26,816 nt of DNA from a bacterium (GTDB lineage: Bacteria; RBG-13-61-14; DATKZS01). Location: the NCBI GenBank assembly GCA_046484135.1, contig JAWOBU010000166.1:1-26816 (forward strand). Reading direction: 5' to 3'. The notes under the pieces were generated by a model. That model searched no databases. It worked only from the letters and a program-made list of their open reading frames with translations, and was not told the origin of the DNA. Numbering within the stretch: position 1 is the first letter of the stretch; each line of letters begins with the position of its first letter. Below are positions 1 to 10,152 of the stretch, in pieces. Both the position numbers and the translations under genes were made by a program.

Positions 1-1056
1 TCCAACGCTGTGGTGGCCCTTCCTCCCGACATAAGCACCACCGCTTTCAAGCTCGATGTGATGGGGGTGTTCGCAAGATGGGAATGGATAGCCCTGGTAT
101 TCGTGCTTCTGTTTTTCGACCTTTTTGATACGGTGGGGACCCTTATAGGCGTCTCGGAAAAGGCCGGGCTCATAAAAGACGGCAAACTGCCGAGGGCCAC
201 CCGTGCCCTGTCCGCGGACGCCTTCGGGACCATCGCCGGCGCCTTCCTGGGCACTTCCACCACCACCAGCTACGTGGAAAGCACCGCCGGGGTAACGGCA
301 GGTGCCCGCACCGGGTTTGCCAGCCTGGTCACTGCGCTTCTTTTCGAGGTCGCCATATTTTTCCATCCTTTGGTTTCTCTGCTGGCGGTGGACATGGTGA
401 CCGCTCCCGCACTCATCCTGGTGGGGGCGCTCATGATGACCAGCGTGGTGAAGATCAACTGGACCGACTTTTACGAAGCGGCTCCCGCCTTTCTGGTCAT
501 CATTCTCATGCCGCTTACTTACAGCATCTCCAAGGGGCTGGTGGCTGGCTTTATTTCCTGGCCGCTCCTGCAGATCGCCGCAGGTCGTGCCCGCAAGGTC
601 CATCCTTTTCTCTACGGGGTGGCTTCCGTGCTGGTGGTTGCTGTAACGGCGAGTTACCTGGTGCTCGAGCCTCCCAAAACGATCCATGAGCACGTAGCCC
701 AAGGAGACACAGCCGCTGTCGAGAAGCTCCTCGCGAAAAACCCGGAGCTTGCGCGAGAGAGGAACGCTTCTTCACAGACACCGTTGCACCCGGCGGCTGA
801 AACCGGCAACATCGAGATAGTAAAAATGATGATCGAAAACGGCTCGCCCCTTAACGCAAAGGATGACCGGTGCAGTACTCCTTTGCACAAAGCCGCGGCC
901 GCGGGCGAGCTGGAAACGGTGAAGTTGTTGATCAAGAAGGGAGCCCGGCGGGATGTCCTCGACCGAGAAGGACGGACACCACTGGAGCTGGCCCGAGAAA
1001 ACGGACATGCCCGGACCGCCAAGTTTCTGGCAAAAATAAGCGGCACTGAGTTATAA
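1..1056 (+). CDS. NCS2/AzgA-family nucleobase permease (5'-truncated by window) fused to C-terminal ankyrin repeats
   Basis: Frame is open from base 1. AzgA-type motifs: FFDLFDTVGTL, ALSADAFGT, LGTSTTTSYVESTAGVTAGARTG, TAPALILVG, PAFLVIILMPLTYSI. After the last TM come about 4 ankyrin repeats (QTPLHPAAETG, STPLHKAAAAG, RTPLELARENG) with no intervening stop. Confidence 0.9.
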   Translation, partial: SNAVVALPPDISTTAFKLDVMGVFARWEWIALVFVLLFFDLFDTVGTLIGVSEKAGLIKDGKLPRATRALSADAFGTIAGAFLGTSTTTSYVESTAGVTAGARTGFASLVTALLFEVAIFFHPLVSLLAVDMVTAPALILVGALMMTSVVKINWTDFYEAAPAFLVIILMPLTYSISKGLVAGFISWPLLQIAAGRARKVHPFLYGVASVLVVAVTASYLVLEPPKTIHEHVAQGDTAAVEKLLAKNPELARERNASSQTPLHPAAETGNIEIVKMMIENGSPLNAKDDRCSTPLHKAAAAGELETVKLLIKKGARRDVLDREGRTPLELARENGHARTAKFLAKISGTEL

Positions 1057-1079
1057 TCAGAGTAGTAACGGAGTTTGGG

Positions 1080-1859
1080 ATGACCGATCGCGATGAAACA
1101 ATAAGTGGAAGCCTTAAAGAGAGGGCAGGGGAAGCGTCCCTCCCCGGCGGGCTCCTGGTGACCCTCGAGGTAGTAGAAGGGCCGGACAAGGGAGCAAAGT
1201 TCGAGATCAAGCGTTCCCGCACCACCCTGGGCAGGAAGGACGCGGACGTCAAGCTCTCCGATCCCACCGTAAGCGGCAAACACGCCGTGCTCGAGTACGT
1301 GGGAGGAAAGCTGTTTGTAACGGACAATAACAGCACTAACGGCACCGCTGTAAACGGCGAGCCGGTGGAGAGCTCCCGCGTTTATAACCTGGACGAAATC
1401 CAGGTGGGAGACACAGTGTTTATGCTTTCCATGGTGGAAGACAGGTACGCCGATTTTTACAACGAGCAGTTACAAGAGAGCGAAGAGCCCGTCCCCGAGG
1501 AAGACGAGCCTACGGTGGTGGAAAAGCCTCTTTTAAACCCCGAGCTTCCCGATAATCTTGCCGTGGCCCTCGAGGTCATAGAAGGGCCGGACAAGGGAAA
1601 AAAGCTCAAGCTCGCCCGCAGGTCCACCATCATCGGCAGGGGCAAGCAGGCCGACTTTGTTACGGACGATCCCAAGGTCTCCAATCGGCACTGCCAGGTG
1701 GAGATACACAACAAGGACAAGATGACCATAAAAGACCTGGCATCTGCAAACGGCACCCGCCTCAATAACCGCTATGTAAGCGCAGTAAAGCTCCGCGACA
1801 AGGACGTGATTCATATCGGGGACTCGAAGATAAAGCTGCACGTCCGGGTAAGGATGTGA
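1080..1859 (+). CDS. Tandem FHA-domain protein
   Basis: Two FHA signatures (LGR...VSGKH...STNGT and IGR...VSNRH...SANGT) joined by an acidic linker; GGAG upstream of the ATG. Confidence 0.9.
   Translation: MTDRDETISGSLKERAGEASLPGGLLVTLEVVEGPDKGAKFEIKRSRTTLGRKDADVKLSDPTVSGKHAVLEYVGGKLFVTDNNSTNGTAVNGEPVESSRVYNLDEIQVGDTVFMLSMVEDRYADFYNEQLQESEEPVPEEDEPTVVEKPLLNPELPDNLAVALEVIEGPDKGKKLKLARRSTIIGRGKQADFVTDDPKVSNRHCQVEIHNKDKMTIKDLASANGTRLNNRYVSAVKLRDKDVIHIGDSKIKLHVRVRM
1158..1604 (+). repeat. Intragenic direct repeat marking the FHA duplication (1158-1199 and 1563-1604)
   Basis: GTGACCCTCGAGGTAGTAGAAGGGCCGGACAAGGGAGCAAAG vs GTGGCCCTCGAGGTCATAGAAGGGCCGGACAAGGGAAAAAAG: 37/42 identical, 405 nt (135 codons) apart. 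Confidence 0.85.
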
Positions 1860-1993
1860 GGAGTCGCTTTCTCTCTTCCTTTTCTAAATACCAGGATCAA
1901 GTTAAAATAAAACATGGAAAAACTCGGCGCACTTTTGCGAGCACAGACATTGGCGCATGAGCCGGGAGGGCCGGCCGAGATTGTCCTGCGAGG

Positions 1994-2971
1994 ATGTTCT
2001 TGAAAAACGTGGACACATTAAGGGTCTCCATTACCGACCGGTGCAACCTTCGCTGCATCTACTGCATGCCGCCGGAAGGCATACCGCTTTTGCCTGCGGA
2101 GGAGATACTGACCTTCGAGGAAATCGAGAGAGTGGTAAGGGTCGCTGTCTCCGCTGGAGTCACCAAGGTCCGGCTTACCGGCGGAGAGCCCCTGGTTCGA
2201 AAGAACGTGCTCGAGCTGGTAAGGCGAATGGCTGCTATTCCCGGCATCAAGGAACTGCCCATGACCACCAACGGCGTGGTTCTGGAGAAGATGGCCGGGC
2301 CATTAAAAGAGGCCGGGCTCCACCGGGTAAGCGTGAGTCTCGACACCTTGAAGCCGGACAGGTACGAGAGAATGACCAGGCGGCCGTGGCTTCACCGCGT
2401 GCTCGACGGCGTCCGGGCGGCGAAGGAAGCGGGCCTTACACCCTTGAAGATAAATGCGGTGGTGGTGCCGGAAGAGAACGACGGCGAGGTTTCGGACTTC
2501 GTCCGCCTGGCCGACCGGGAGGGCCTCGAAGTCCGGTTCATAGAACAGATGCCCCTGGTAAACCGGGCACTGCGGCCCCACTGCGGAATGCCGAGCGAGG
2601 AATTCGTGCCTTCTTCCGTGCTCAAAGAGCGGATCGAGGCCGAGTACGGAGAGCTGACTCCCGAAGCGGGTATCGAACCGGGCCGGCCGGCGCGGGTGTA
2701 TCGCCTTCCGGGCGGAGGAAAGATCGGCTTTATTTCTCCCTTGAGCAGCCCCTTCTGCAAGTGGTGCCAGAGGATGCGGCTCACGCCGGAAGGAATGCTC
2801 CGGCCCTGCCTGGCCGGAAGCACCGAGATAGACATCAAGGGGCCTCTCCGCAAGGGAGCATCCGACGAAGAGCTGAAACAGATATTCCTTTACGCCGTAT
2901 CAAAAAAGCCGGACCAGGACGCGGCCTGCTTCAACGCCTCCGGCCGCGGCATGTCCCGCATCGGCGGCTGA
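1994..2971 (+). CDS. moaA: GTP 3',8-cyclase (Moco biosynthesis radical SAM)
   Basis: LRVSITDRCNLRCIYC, RLTGGEPL, C-terminal CxxCxRxRLT...PC cluster motif, terminal MSRIGG. Confidence 0.97.
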   Translation: MFLKNVDTLRVSITDRCNLRCIYCMPPEGIPLLPAEEILTFEEIERVVRVAVSAGVTKVRLTGGEPLVRKNVLELVRRMAAIPGIKELPMTTNGVVLEKMAGPLKEAGLHRVSVSLDTLKPDRYERMTRRPWLHRVLDGVRAAKEAGLTPLKINAVVVPEENDGEVSDFVRLADREGLEVRFIEQMPLVNRALRPHCGMPSEEFVPSSVLKERIEAEYGELTPEAGIEPGRPARVYRLPGGGKIGFISPLSSPFCKWCQRMRLTPEGMLRPCLAGSTEIDIKGPLRKGASDEELKQIFLYAVSKKPDQDAACFNASGRGMSRIGG

Positions 2972-2974
2972 AGC

Positions 2975-3015
2975 TTTGTCAAGCGATTTTTGTCGCTTAC
3001 AAGACAAATTTTTTT
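2975..3015 (+). terminator. Possible intrinsic terminator after moaA
   Basis: TTTGTC-AAGCGA-(loop)-TCGCTT-(ACAA bulge)-GACAAA followed by T7. Confidence 0.45.
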
Positions 3016-3124
3016 GTTATAGCTGGGTCAGTCGCGACTAAAGTCGCTCGCACATTGTAAGCTTGACAAGACACTGGAACTTTTAAGCGGGCGCAAGCTA
3101 AGGATTTAAAACCGGGGTTTTTTT

Positions 3125-3622
3125 ATGAACGAGTTCGCATATAAAGCGGGAGTGCTGACCGTAAGCGATCAAGGCGCGAAGGGCGCGAGAGAAGACCGGA
3201 GCGGCGACGCTGCCGCTCTCTTATTGGAGGATGCCGGCTTCCGGGTGGAAAAAAGAGAGGTCTGCCCGGACAGCAAGGAAAGGATAAAACAGACCCTTTC
3301 TGCATGGTGCGATCTGGATAAGCTCGACCTTGTAGTAACCACCGGCGGGACCGGCTTTGCGCGGCGGGACCTTACACCGGAGGCCACCAGCGAGGTCATC
3401 CACAGGTTTGCGCCCGGCATAAGCGAGGCCATGCGGCAGAAGGGGCTTGAGAACACCCCCCGGGCCATGCTCTCCCGCGGAGTCTCCGGCATCCGATATC
3501 AAAGCCTTATTATAAATCTGCCCGGCAGCGAGAAAGGCGTGCGGGAATCTTTGCAAGCGGTCCTGCCGGCCCTTGCCCACGGCCTGGAGATACTAACCGG
3601 AAGGGGAGGCGAGTGCGGCTGA
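3125..3622 (+). CDS. moaB: MoaB/MogA-family molybdopterin adenylyltransferase
   Basis: VLTVSD, REDRSG, TTGGTG...RDLTPEAT, AMLSRG, NLPGS motifs; adjacent to moaA. Confidence 0.9.
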   Translation: MNEFAYKAGVLTVSDQGAKGAREDRSGDAAALLLEDAGFRVEKREVCPDSKERIKQTLSAWCDLDKLDLVVTTGGTGFARRDLTPEATSEVIHRFAPGISEAMRQKGLENTPRAMLSRGVSGIRYQSLIINLPGSEKGVRESLQAVLPALAHGLEILTGRGGECG

Positions 3623-3656
3623 GTAGCTCGGCAGCTCTACTACTTACACTTTTTGC

Positions 3657-4676
3657 ATGGAGACGGTCATGATCAAACAAGCACTGGCTGACCTGGCTTC
3701 CGGCAAAGACCTGGAGCGCGAGCGTATGGTTTCGGTCATGGACCTAATCATGGAGGGGGAGGCTTCTCCCGCCCAGATCGGGGCCTTTCTCATGGCCCTC
3801 CGGATGAAAGGCGAGACCGTGGAAGAGATAACCGGCGCCGCCATGGTCATGCGCGACAAGGCCCGCAAGATCAAACCGCCCGGCCCCTGCATAGATACCT
3901 GCGGCACCGGGGGCGACCATTCCCTTACTTTTAACATCTCCACCGCCGCGGCGTTCGTGGCCGCCGCCGCCGGTCTCATCGTGGCCAAGCACGGCAACCG
4001 GGCGGCTTCCAGCGCCTGCGGCAGCGCCGACGTGCTGGCCGCCCTTGGTGTCAACATCGAGGCAGGCCCGCCAGTGGTCGAGGCCTGTCTTCTCGAGGCG
4101 GGCATAGGTTTTCTGTTCGCGCCCGCCCTGCACGGAGCTATGCGGCACGCGATCGGACCGAGACGCGAGATGGGCATGCGGACCATATTCAACGTGCTGG
4201 GTCCTTTAACCAACCCGGCGGGAGCAACCAGGCAACTGCTCGGAGTGTTCGATCCCGGACTGACAGAGGTCATGGTCAACGTTCTCAAGAACCTGGGGTC
4301 GGAAGCGGCCCTGGTGGTTCACGGATCGGACGGCATGGACGAGATCACGGTGAGCGGCATGACCCGCGTCTCCGAGCTCAAGGACGGCGAGGTCCGGACC
4401 TACAACATATCTCCGGAGGACGCGGGTTTGAAAACTCATAATAAAGAAGACCTGGCCGGAGGGGACCCCAAAGAAAACGCGCTGGTTCTGCGAGGGGTAC
4501 TCGAAAACCGGCAAGGCCCGCAAAGAGATGCAGTGGTCCTGAACGCGGGTGCGGCCATTTATGTAAGCGGGAAAGCGAAAAGCCTCTCCGACGGTGTAGA
4601 GGCCGCGCAGGACTCCATAGCTTCCGGCCGGGCCATGGAATGCCTTGACAAGCTGGTCCGGATATCCAACCAGTAA
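3657..4676 (+). CDS. trpD: Anthranilate phosphoribosyltransferase
   Basis: DTCGTGGD, FNIST, KHGNRAASS, RTIFNVLGPLTNPA, HGSDGMDE. Start could alternatively be ATG 3669. Confidence 0.97.
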   Translation: METVMIKQALADLASGKDLERERMVSVMDLIMEGEASPAQIGAFLMALRMKGETVEEITGAAMVMRDKARKIKPPGPCIDTCGTGGDHSLTFNISTAAAFVAAAAGLIVAKHGNRAASSACGSADVLAALGVNIEAGPPVVEACLLEAGIGFLFAPALHGAMRHAIGPRREMGMRTIFNVLGPLTNPAGATRQLLGVFDPGLTEVMVNVLKNLGSEAALVVHGSDGMDEITVSGMTRVSELKDGEVRTYNISPEDAGLKTHNKEDLAGGDPKENALVLRGVLENRQGPQRDAVVLNAGAAIYVSGKAKSLSDGVEAAQDSIASGRAMECLDKLVRISNQ

Positions 4677-4681
4677 GAACC

Positions 4682-5476
4682 ATGTCTGAGATCGTTTCCA
4701 CCGGCACCGTCCTGGACAGGATCATCGCCCGCAAGCAAAAAGAGGTCGAGGCGATAAAGGCCGAAGGTGCAAGCACGGCTTCCAAAGCCTCGCCCGCCCG
4801 AGGTTTCCGCGCGGCTGTTATGGACAGGGAACGCCTCGGCCGGCCCGTGATCGCCGAGATAAAACGCGCGTCTCCTTCCGAAGGCGTGATCAGAGAGGAC
4901 TTCCGGCCTGCGTCCATAGCCCGGGCCTATGCTGATGCGGGCGCGCGGTGCATATCGGTGCTTACCGATACTGAGTTCTTCCAGGGCTCGCTTACGCACC
5001 TTGCCGAAGCGAGGGAAGCCTGTGACTTGCCCGTTCTGCGCAAGGATTTTATTATTGATGAAGTGCAGGTAAAACAGACCGCGGCATGGGACGCGGACTG
5101 CATGTTGCTTATTGTACGGATACTCGCGGACGGTCTTTTACAACGCTTGTACACGACGGCGCTTTCGCTGGGCCTGGAGGTCCTGTTAGAGGTCCATGAT
5201 CGAAAGGACCTGGAGCGGGCGTTGCAACTTACGCCGCCGCCGGCATTGCTGGGAGTGAACAACCGGGACCTGTCCGACTTCAGCGTGTCGGTGGAGAGGA
5301 CCCTGTCGCTGTTGCCACATGTTCCGGCGGGTGCTTCGCTCATAAGTGAAAGCGGTTTGTCGGATGCGGGGATGCTGGACGAACTGCTTGCCGCGGGCGT
5401 ATCCGGTTTTTTGATCGGGACGGCTCTGATGCGGGAGCGGGACGAAGGCGCGGCCTTGCGGTCGCTGGTTTACTGA
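4682..5476 (+). CDS. trpC: Indole-3-glycerol phosphate synthase
   Basis: IAEIKRASPSEG, ISVLTD, LRKDFI, LEVH, GVNNRDL, ISESG. Confidence 0.96.
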   Translation: MSEIVSTGTVLDRIIARKQKEVEAIKAEGASTASKASPARGFRAAVMDRERLGRPVIAEIKRASPSEGVIREDFRPASIARAYADAGARCISVLTDTEFFQGSLTHLAEAREACDLPVLRKDFIIDEVQVKQTAAWDADCMLLIVRILADGLLQRLYTTALSLGLEVLLEVHDRKDLERALQLTPPPALLGVNNRDLSDFSVSVERTLSLLPHVPAGASLISESGLSDAGMLDELLAAGVSGFLIGTALMRERDEGAALRSLVY

Positions 5477-5540
5477 TAAGCTGAAAGCCTGGAGATACTC
5501 TTATTAAGAGTTTTATAGAGGGCCGGGAAGTTAAGAGGTC

Positions 5541-6164
5541 ATGAAGAGGGGCACGAAGGTCAAGGTATGCGGTATCACGAACCGGGAAGATGCCGAGGTC
5601 GCGGTTTCCGGGGGCGCGGATTATCTTGGTTTTAACTTTTATCCTCTTTCTCCGCGTTACGTGGACCCGGACACGGTCCGGAGCATCATGTTTGATTTGC
5701 GGGGCTTGGTGCAGACGGTGGGGGTTTTCGTGAACGAACACGCAGACACCATCGAGGAAATCTGCGACCGGGCCGGTATCGAGATCATCCAGCTTCACGG
5801 CAACGAGGGTGCTGCTTTTTGCCGCCGCCTGGTCCGTCCGGTAATCAAGGCTTTCCCTTTGTCTGAAAGGTCGGACCTTTCCGGCATGAAGGAGTTTCAT
5901 ACGTGGGGACACCTGGTAGACAGCCGGACGAGCGGTTACGGTGGTTCCGGTGTTACAGTGGACTGGGAGCTTGCAGTGGAGGCCCGTGATTCATGCGAGA
6001 AGCTCTGGCTGGCCGGCGGCCTTGATGCAGAGAACGTGAGAGAGGCCATCCAAACGGTAAAGCCCTGGGGCGTGGACGCGGCCTCCCGGATAGAGTCGGA
6101 GCCGGGAAAGAAAGACCATCAGAAGATGCTCGACTTTTTAAAGGCGGTAAAAGATGCCGACTGA
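5541..6164 (+). CDS. trpF: Phosphoribosylanthranilate isomerase
   Basis: [34 protein letters not shown]...N, PGKKD. Confidence 0.96.
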   Translation: MKRGTKVKVCGITNREDAEVAVSGGADYLGFNFYPLSPRYVDPDTVRSIMFDLRGLVQTVGVFVNEHADTIEEICDRAGIEIIQLHGNEGAAFCRRLVRPVIKAFPLSERSDLSGMKEFHTWGHLVDSRTSGYGGSGVTVDWELAVEARDSCEKLWLAGGLDAENVREAIQTVKPWGVDAASRIESEPGKKDHQKMLDFLKAVKDAD

Positions 6165-7338
6165 AGAAGGCAAGTTCGGCGATTACGGAGGCAGCTACGT
6201 AAGCGAGACCCTGGTGCCGGCCTTGCGGGAGCTCATCCGGGCCTGGCAGCGCTACTGGCCGGAGCCCGGCTTTCAAGCGGAGTTCGCTTACTACCTGGCC
6301 GACTATGTGGGCCGGCCCACGCCGCTTTACTTTTGCGAAAGGTTGAGCGAGGAGACCGGCGGCGCCCGGATTTACCTGAAGCGGGAAGACCTCTGCCACA
6401 CCGGCGCCCACAAGGTGAACAATACCCTCGGTCAGGCTCTCCTGGCCCGGCGGATGAAGAAGCCGCGCATAGTGGCGGAGACGGGCGCGGGTCAGCACGG
6501 GGTGGCCACCGCCACCATGGCGGCGCGCTTCGGCATGGACTGTGTGGTTTACATGGGCACCGAGGACATCGAGCGCCAGTCCTTGAACGTCTTCCGGATG
6601 AAGCTTCTGGGCGCAGAGGTCCGGCCGGTCGAGTCGGGGAGCTGCACGTTAAAGGACGCGCTGAACGAGGCTTTGCGGGACTGGATCACCAACGTCCGGG
6701 ACACCTATTACCTGATGGGCACGGTGGCGGGTCCGCATCCGTATCCCTCCATGGTGCGGGAGCTTCAGTCGGTTATCGGCCGGGAGAGCCGGGAGCAGAT
6801 ACTTTCCCGGGAGGGCCGCCTGCCGGACGCGGTGGTGGCCTGCGTTGGAGGCGGCTCGAACGCCATGGGCATATTCCATCCTTTCCGGGAGGACCCCGAG
6901 GTCTCGCTCCACGGCGCCGAGGCCGCGGGATACGGGGTCGAGAGCGGCAAGCACGCTGCCAGCCTTTCGGCGGGGCGTCCCGGGGTGCTGCACGGGAACC
7001 TCACTTACCTGCTGCAGGACAAGCATGGCCAGGTCCGGCTTGCTCACTCCATTTCCGCGGGCCTGGACTACCCGGGGGTCGGCCCTGAACACTCCTGGCT
7101 CAAGGACAGCGGCCGGGCGCATTACACCGCGGTCACCGATGAAGAAGCTTTGGAAGGCCTCAAGGTCCTGACCGAGGTCGAAGGCATCATCCCGGCGCTG
7201 GAGAGCGCCCACGCCGTCTACCTGGGCATTCGGCTTGCGGAGGAGCTGGGCAAAGACAAGATAGTGGTGATAAACCTTTCCGGCCGAGGAGACAAGGACA
7301 TGCATACCGTAGCCAGGGCCATGGGAGAAAACGTATGA
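6154..7338 (+). CDS. trpB: Tryptophan synthase beta subunit (TrpB1 type)
   Basis: [15 protein letters not shown] (PLP lysine), [36 protein letters not shown]. Confidence 0.98.
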   Translation: MPTEEGKFGDYGGSYVSETLVPALRELIRAWQRYWPEPGFQAEFAYYLADYVGRPTPLYFCERLSEETGGARIYLKREDLCHTGAHKVNNTLGQALLARRMKKPRIVAETGAGQHGVATATMAARFGMDCVVYMGTEDIERQSLNVFRMKLLGAEVRPVESGSCTLKDALNEALRDWITNVRDTYYLMGTVAGPHPYPSMVRELQSVIGRESREQILSREGRLPDAVVACVGGGSNAMGIFHPFREDPEVSLHGAEAAGYGVESGKHAASLSAGRPGVLHGNLTYLLQDKHGQVRLAHSISAGLDYPGVGPEHSWLKDSGRAHYTAVTDEEALEGLKVLTEVEGIIPALESAHAVYLGIRLAEELGKDKIVVINLSGRGDKDMHTVARAMGENV

Positions 7339-8237
7339 CCGAGCCGGCCTGCCGCCTGTGCGGAAGCGTCAACACCGCTCCGCAGTTCCGGAAGCTCTCC
7401 GAGCCGTTGTATGCCTGCCGCGAGTGCGGCACGGTTTTCCGGCTTTGCAGCGGCCAGGAAGACCCGGCGGCGCTTTACGACGAGAGCTACTACCTGGAGC
7501 GCTGGGGGGGCAGTCTGGGCAGGTTTTTTTACTCTTTCGATCCGGAGAAGAACCGGAAGACCCGCTTCTTTTCCCACCAGCTTCAGGAGTTCGAGAAGCT
7601 GCTGGGAGGCCCCGGCCGGATTCTGGACGTGGGATGCGCGAACGGCGTGTTCGTCTGGCTGGCCAGAGAAAGAGGCTGGCAGGCGGAGGGTCTCGAGACC
7701 AGCAGGTTTGCCGCGGAGTGGGGAAGGGACCAGTTCGACGTGTTCATTCATCAATGTCCTCTTGAAGAGCTTGATCCGGAGCCGGTCTACGACGTTATCA
7801 CCTTATGGGACACCCTCGAGCATTTGAGCGACCCGGCCGGAGCCCTCCGCGAGTGCAGGAAGAGGCTGGTCCCCGGCGGACTGATGGCCATACTGACTCC
7901 TGACACCGGCAGCCTGGTGAACCGCCTGGTCCACGCTTTCTCCAGGATCGCGCCTGAAAGGTCCCGCAGTTTTCTGGAAAAGCTCTACCACGAGGACCAC
8001 CTGTCCTACTTCAACCGCGACTCCATTGCCCGGACGCTGATAGACAACGGCCTGCTCGTCCAGTGGATTCAAGGCCACGACGAATCGCCCGGCGACACCG
8101 AAACCAGCGGCGCTTTAAAGGCCGCTCTTTACGTGGTGTTCGGCCTGGCCGCTTTTTTTCACCGGCAGCACGAGCTGCTGGTGTGGGCCCGGAAAACGGA
8201 CTCTCACCCCGAGGAAAAACGCGGACTTCTTCAGTAA
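7335..8237 (+). CDS. Class I SAM-dependent methyltransferase with N-terminal Cys4 (CRLC...CREC) motif
   Basis: ILDVGCANG motif [29 protein letters not shown] overlap with the trpB stop. Confidence 0.88.
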   Translation: MTEPACRLCGSVNTAPQFRKLSEPLYACRECGTVFRLCSGQEDPAALYDESYYLERWGGSLGRFFYSFDPEKNRKTRFFSHQLQEFEKLLGGPGRILDVGCANGVFVWLARERGWQAEGLETSRFAAEWGRDQFDVFIHQCPLEELDPEPVYDVITLWDTLEHLSDPAGALRECRKRLVPGGLMAILTPDTGSLVNRLVHAFSRIAPERSRSFLEKLYHEDHLSYFNRDSIARTLIDNGLLVQWIQGHDESPGDTETSGALKAALYVVFGLAAFFHRQHELLVWARKTDSHPEEKRGLLQ

Positions 8238-8341
8238 CCGCCAGCCGCGATTACTCTGTCAACTGAAATATCTCGTATTAAGCGGCACGCTTAACCCGCT
8301 CGCAAAATATTTGTGATTTCATGAGCGCCGGACGGGTATTA

Positions 8342-10012
8342 TTACTGCCGGTTCCCTCTTGCCTTTTGGTCCCGGACCGGCTCGAGGTAGGAGGCGTAGC
8401 CGCCGCTTATGTTCAGGGCCTTAAAGCCGTTCTGGACCAGGATGCGGTACGCTATGTAACTCCGCAGGCCGATGGCGCAGTAATTTACGTAGGTTTTGTC
8501 TTTTTCCAGCTCGGGAAGCCGGGATCGGAGGTCGTTGATGGGAATGTGGAGAGCGTTTTCGATCTTGCCGTGCTCCTCGATCTCCTCCTTGCCGCGAACG
8601 TCGAGCACGGTGTACTCGGCCGGGTCCAGGTTCTCGACCTCGTGCCACATCACCACTTCCATGTCCCCTTTCAGGATGTTGCTCGCCACGTACCCGGCGA
8701 TGTTTACGGGATCCTTGGCGGAGCCGTAAGGAGGCGCATACCCGAGGTCAATCTCTTCCAGGTCGTACACGGTCATTCCTGCACGGAGCGCGGTGGCCAG
8801 GACATCTGCACGCTTGTCCACCCCTTTCCTGCCCACGAGCTGTGCTCCCAGGATCTCGCCGTTGTCCGGGCTGAAAAGCAGTTTTATGGCCATGCGTTGA
8901 GCTCCGGGATAATAGGAGGCGTGCGAGAACGAATGGGTATATGAGGTCAGGTAGTGAATGCCGCGGGTTTGCAGGTTCTTTTCATTGTTTCCGGTGCAGG
9001 CCGCGGTAAGCTCGAACACCTTGACCACGCTGGTCCCCTGCACTCCGGCGAACTCGTCCTTTTTGCCCATTACGTTGTCAGCCGCTATCCGGCCCTGCTT
9101 ATTGGCCGGGCCGGCCAGAGGCAAAAGGGTCTTGGCGCCGGAGACGAAATCCTCGACCTCGACCGCGTCGCCCACCGCGTAGATGTCCGGGTCCGAGGTC
9201 CTCATGTCCGGACCGGTAAGGATGCCCCCGGTCTGGCCCAGCTCTATGCCTGCTTTTTTAGCGAGATCGGTCTCCGGCTTGACGCCGATGGAAAGGATGA
9301 CCATGTCGGTCTCGATCTCGGTGCCTTTCGCGGTCTTCACTATGGTCTTTCCTTCTCTCTTTTCAAAGGACTCGACCGCTTCTTCCAGGATGAGTCTTAC
9401 GCCTTTGTCGCGCAGGTGGTTGTGGATGTAAGCGGCCATGTCCGCGTCAAAGGGGGCCATGACCTGGTCTATCATCTCCACCACGGTAACTTTGACCCCC
9501 TTGCGGCACAGGTTCTCGGCCATCTCCAGGCCGATGAAGCCTCCGCCCACGATAGCGGCGCTTTGGGCCTGACATTCCCGGATGCAGGCGATGATCCGGT
9601 CCATGTCCGGGATGTTCCGGAGCGTAAAAATGGTGTCGAGATCAATGCCCGGAAGCGGTGGCTTAACCGGCCTGGCCCCCGGCGCCAGGATGAGCTTGTC
9701 ATAGCTCTCCCGGTAGACCTCGCCGTTCTCGGGCCGGACCTCGACCGTCTTTCCCCTGGAGTCTATGTCAACTACTTCGGAGTTTACCCGCACGTCAATA
9801 TTAAAACGCTCCGACATGGCCCGTGGTGTGCTCACCAATAACGAGTCGCGTTCTTCGATCTCCTCACCGATGTAATAAGGAAGACCGCAGTTAGCGAACG
9901 AGATGTGCTCGCCCCGTTCGAAAAGAATGATCTCTGCCGACTCGTTCACCCGCCGCGCCCGGGCTGCAGCGCTGGCCCCGCCTGCTACTCCTCCGACAAT
10001 AACAAGCTTCAT
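8342..10012 (-). CDS. CoA-disulfide reductase / NADH-dependent persulfide reductase with C-terminal rhodanese domain
   Basis: GGVAGG FAD motif, SFANCGLPY redox Cys, GGGFIGLE, YAPPY, rhodanese DVR...CAIGLRS; strong AAGGAGG RBS. Confidence 0.93.
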   Translation of the reverse strand: MKLVIVGGVAGGASAAARARRVNESAEIILFERGEHISFANCGLPYYIGEEIEERDSLLVSTPRAMSERFNIDVRVNSEVVDIDSRGKTVEVRPENGEVYRESYDKLILAPGARPVKPPLPGIDLDTIFTLRNIPDMDRIIACIRECQAQSAAIVGGGFIGLEMAENLCRKGVKVTVVEMIDQVMAPFDADMAAYIHNHLRDKGVRLILEEAVESFEKREGKTIVKTAKGTEIETDMVILSIGVKPETDLAKKAGIELGQTGGILTGPDMRTSDPDIYAVGDAVEVEDFVSGAKTLLPLAGPANKQGRIAADNVMGKKDEFAGVQGTSVVKVFELTAACTGNNEKNLQTRGIHYLTSYTHSFSHASYYPGAQRMAIKLLFSPDNGEILGAQLVGRKGVDKRADVLATALRAGMTVYDLEEIDLGYAPPYGSAKDPVNIAGYVASNILKGDMEVVMWHEVENLDPAEYTVLDVRGKEEIEEHGKIENALHIPINDLRSRLPELEKDKTYVNYCAIGLRSYIAYRILVQNGFKALNISGGYASYLEPVRDQKARGNRQ

Positions 10013-10123
10013 AAGCCCCTCTCCTCCTTTGCTTTCATTGCATCAGTATCAATAAGGTAACTTGAATTCCGATGTGATCAAAACACAAGGTAGAAAAGAG
10101 ATGGAGCAAAGCCGGGACAAGGT

Positions 10124-10152
10124 TTGACACCGGCCGGTTCCGTGGGCAAGAT
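10124..10152 (+). promoter_or_regulatory. Candidate sigma70 promoter of the mutase operon
   Basis: TTGACA-17 nt-CAAGAT upstream of the mutase start. Confidence 0.4.

Noticed and set aside
1914..2003. 29-codon ORF and CTCGGC/GCCGAG dyad upstream of moaA (leader peptide or Moco riboswitch?)
   Set aside because: No SD, no riboswitch consensus recognised, and the dyad is only 6 bp.
5497..5511. ACTCTT-ATT-AAGAGT dyad between trpC and trpF as an attenuator or operator
   Set aside because: Weak AT-rich 6-bp stem and no Trp-codon leader peptide.
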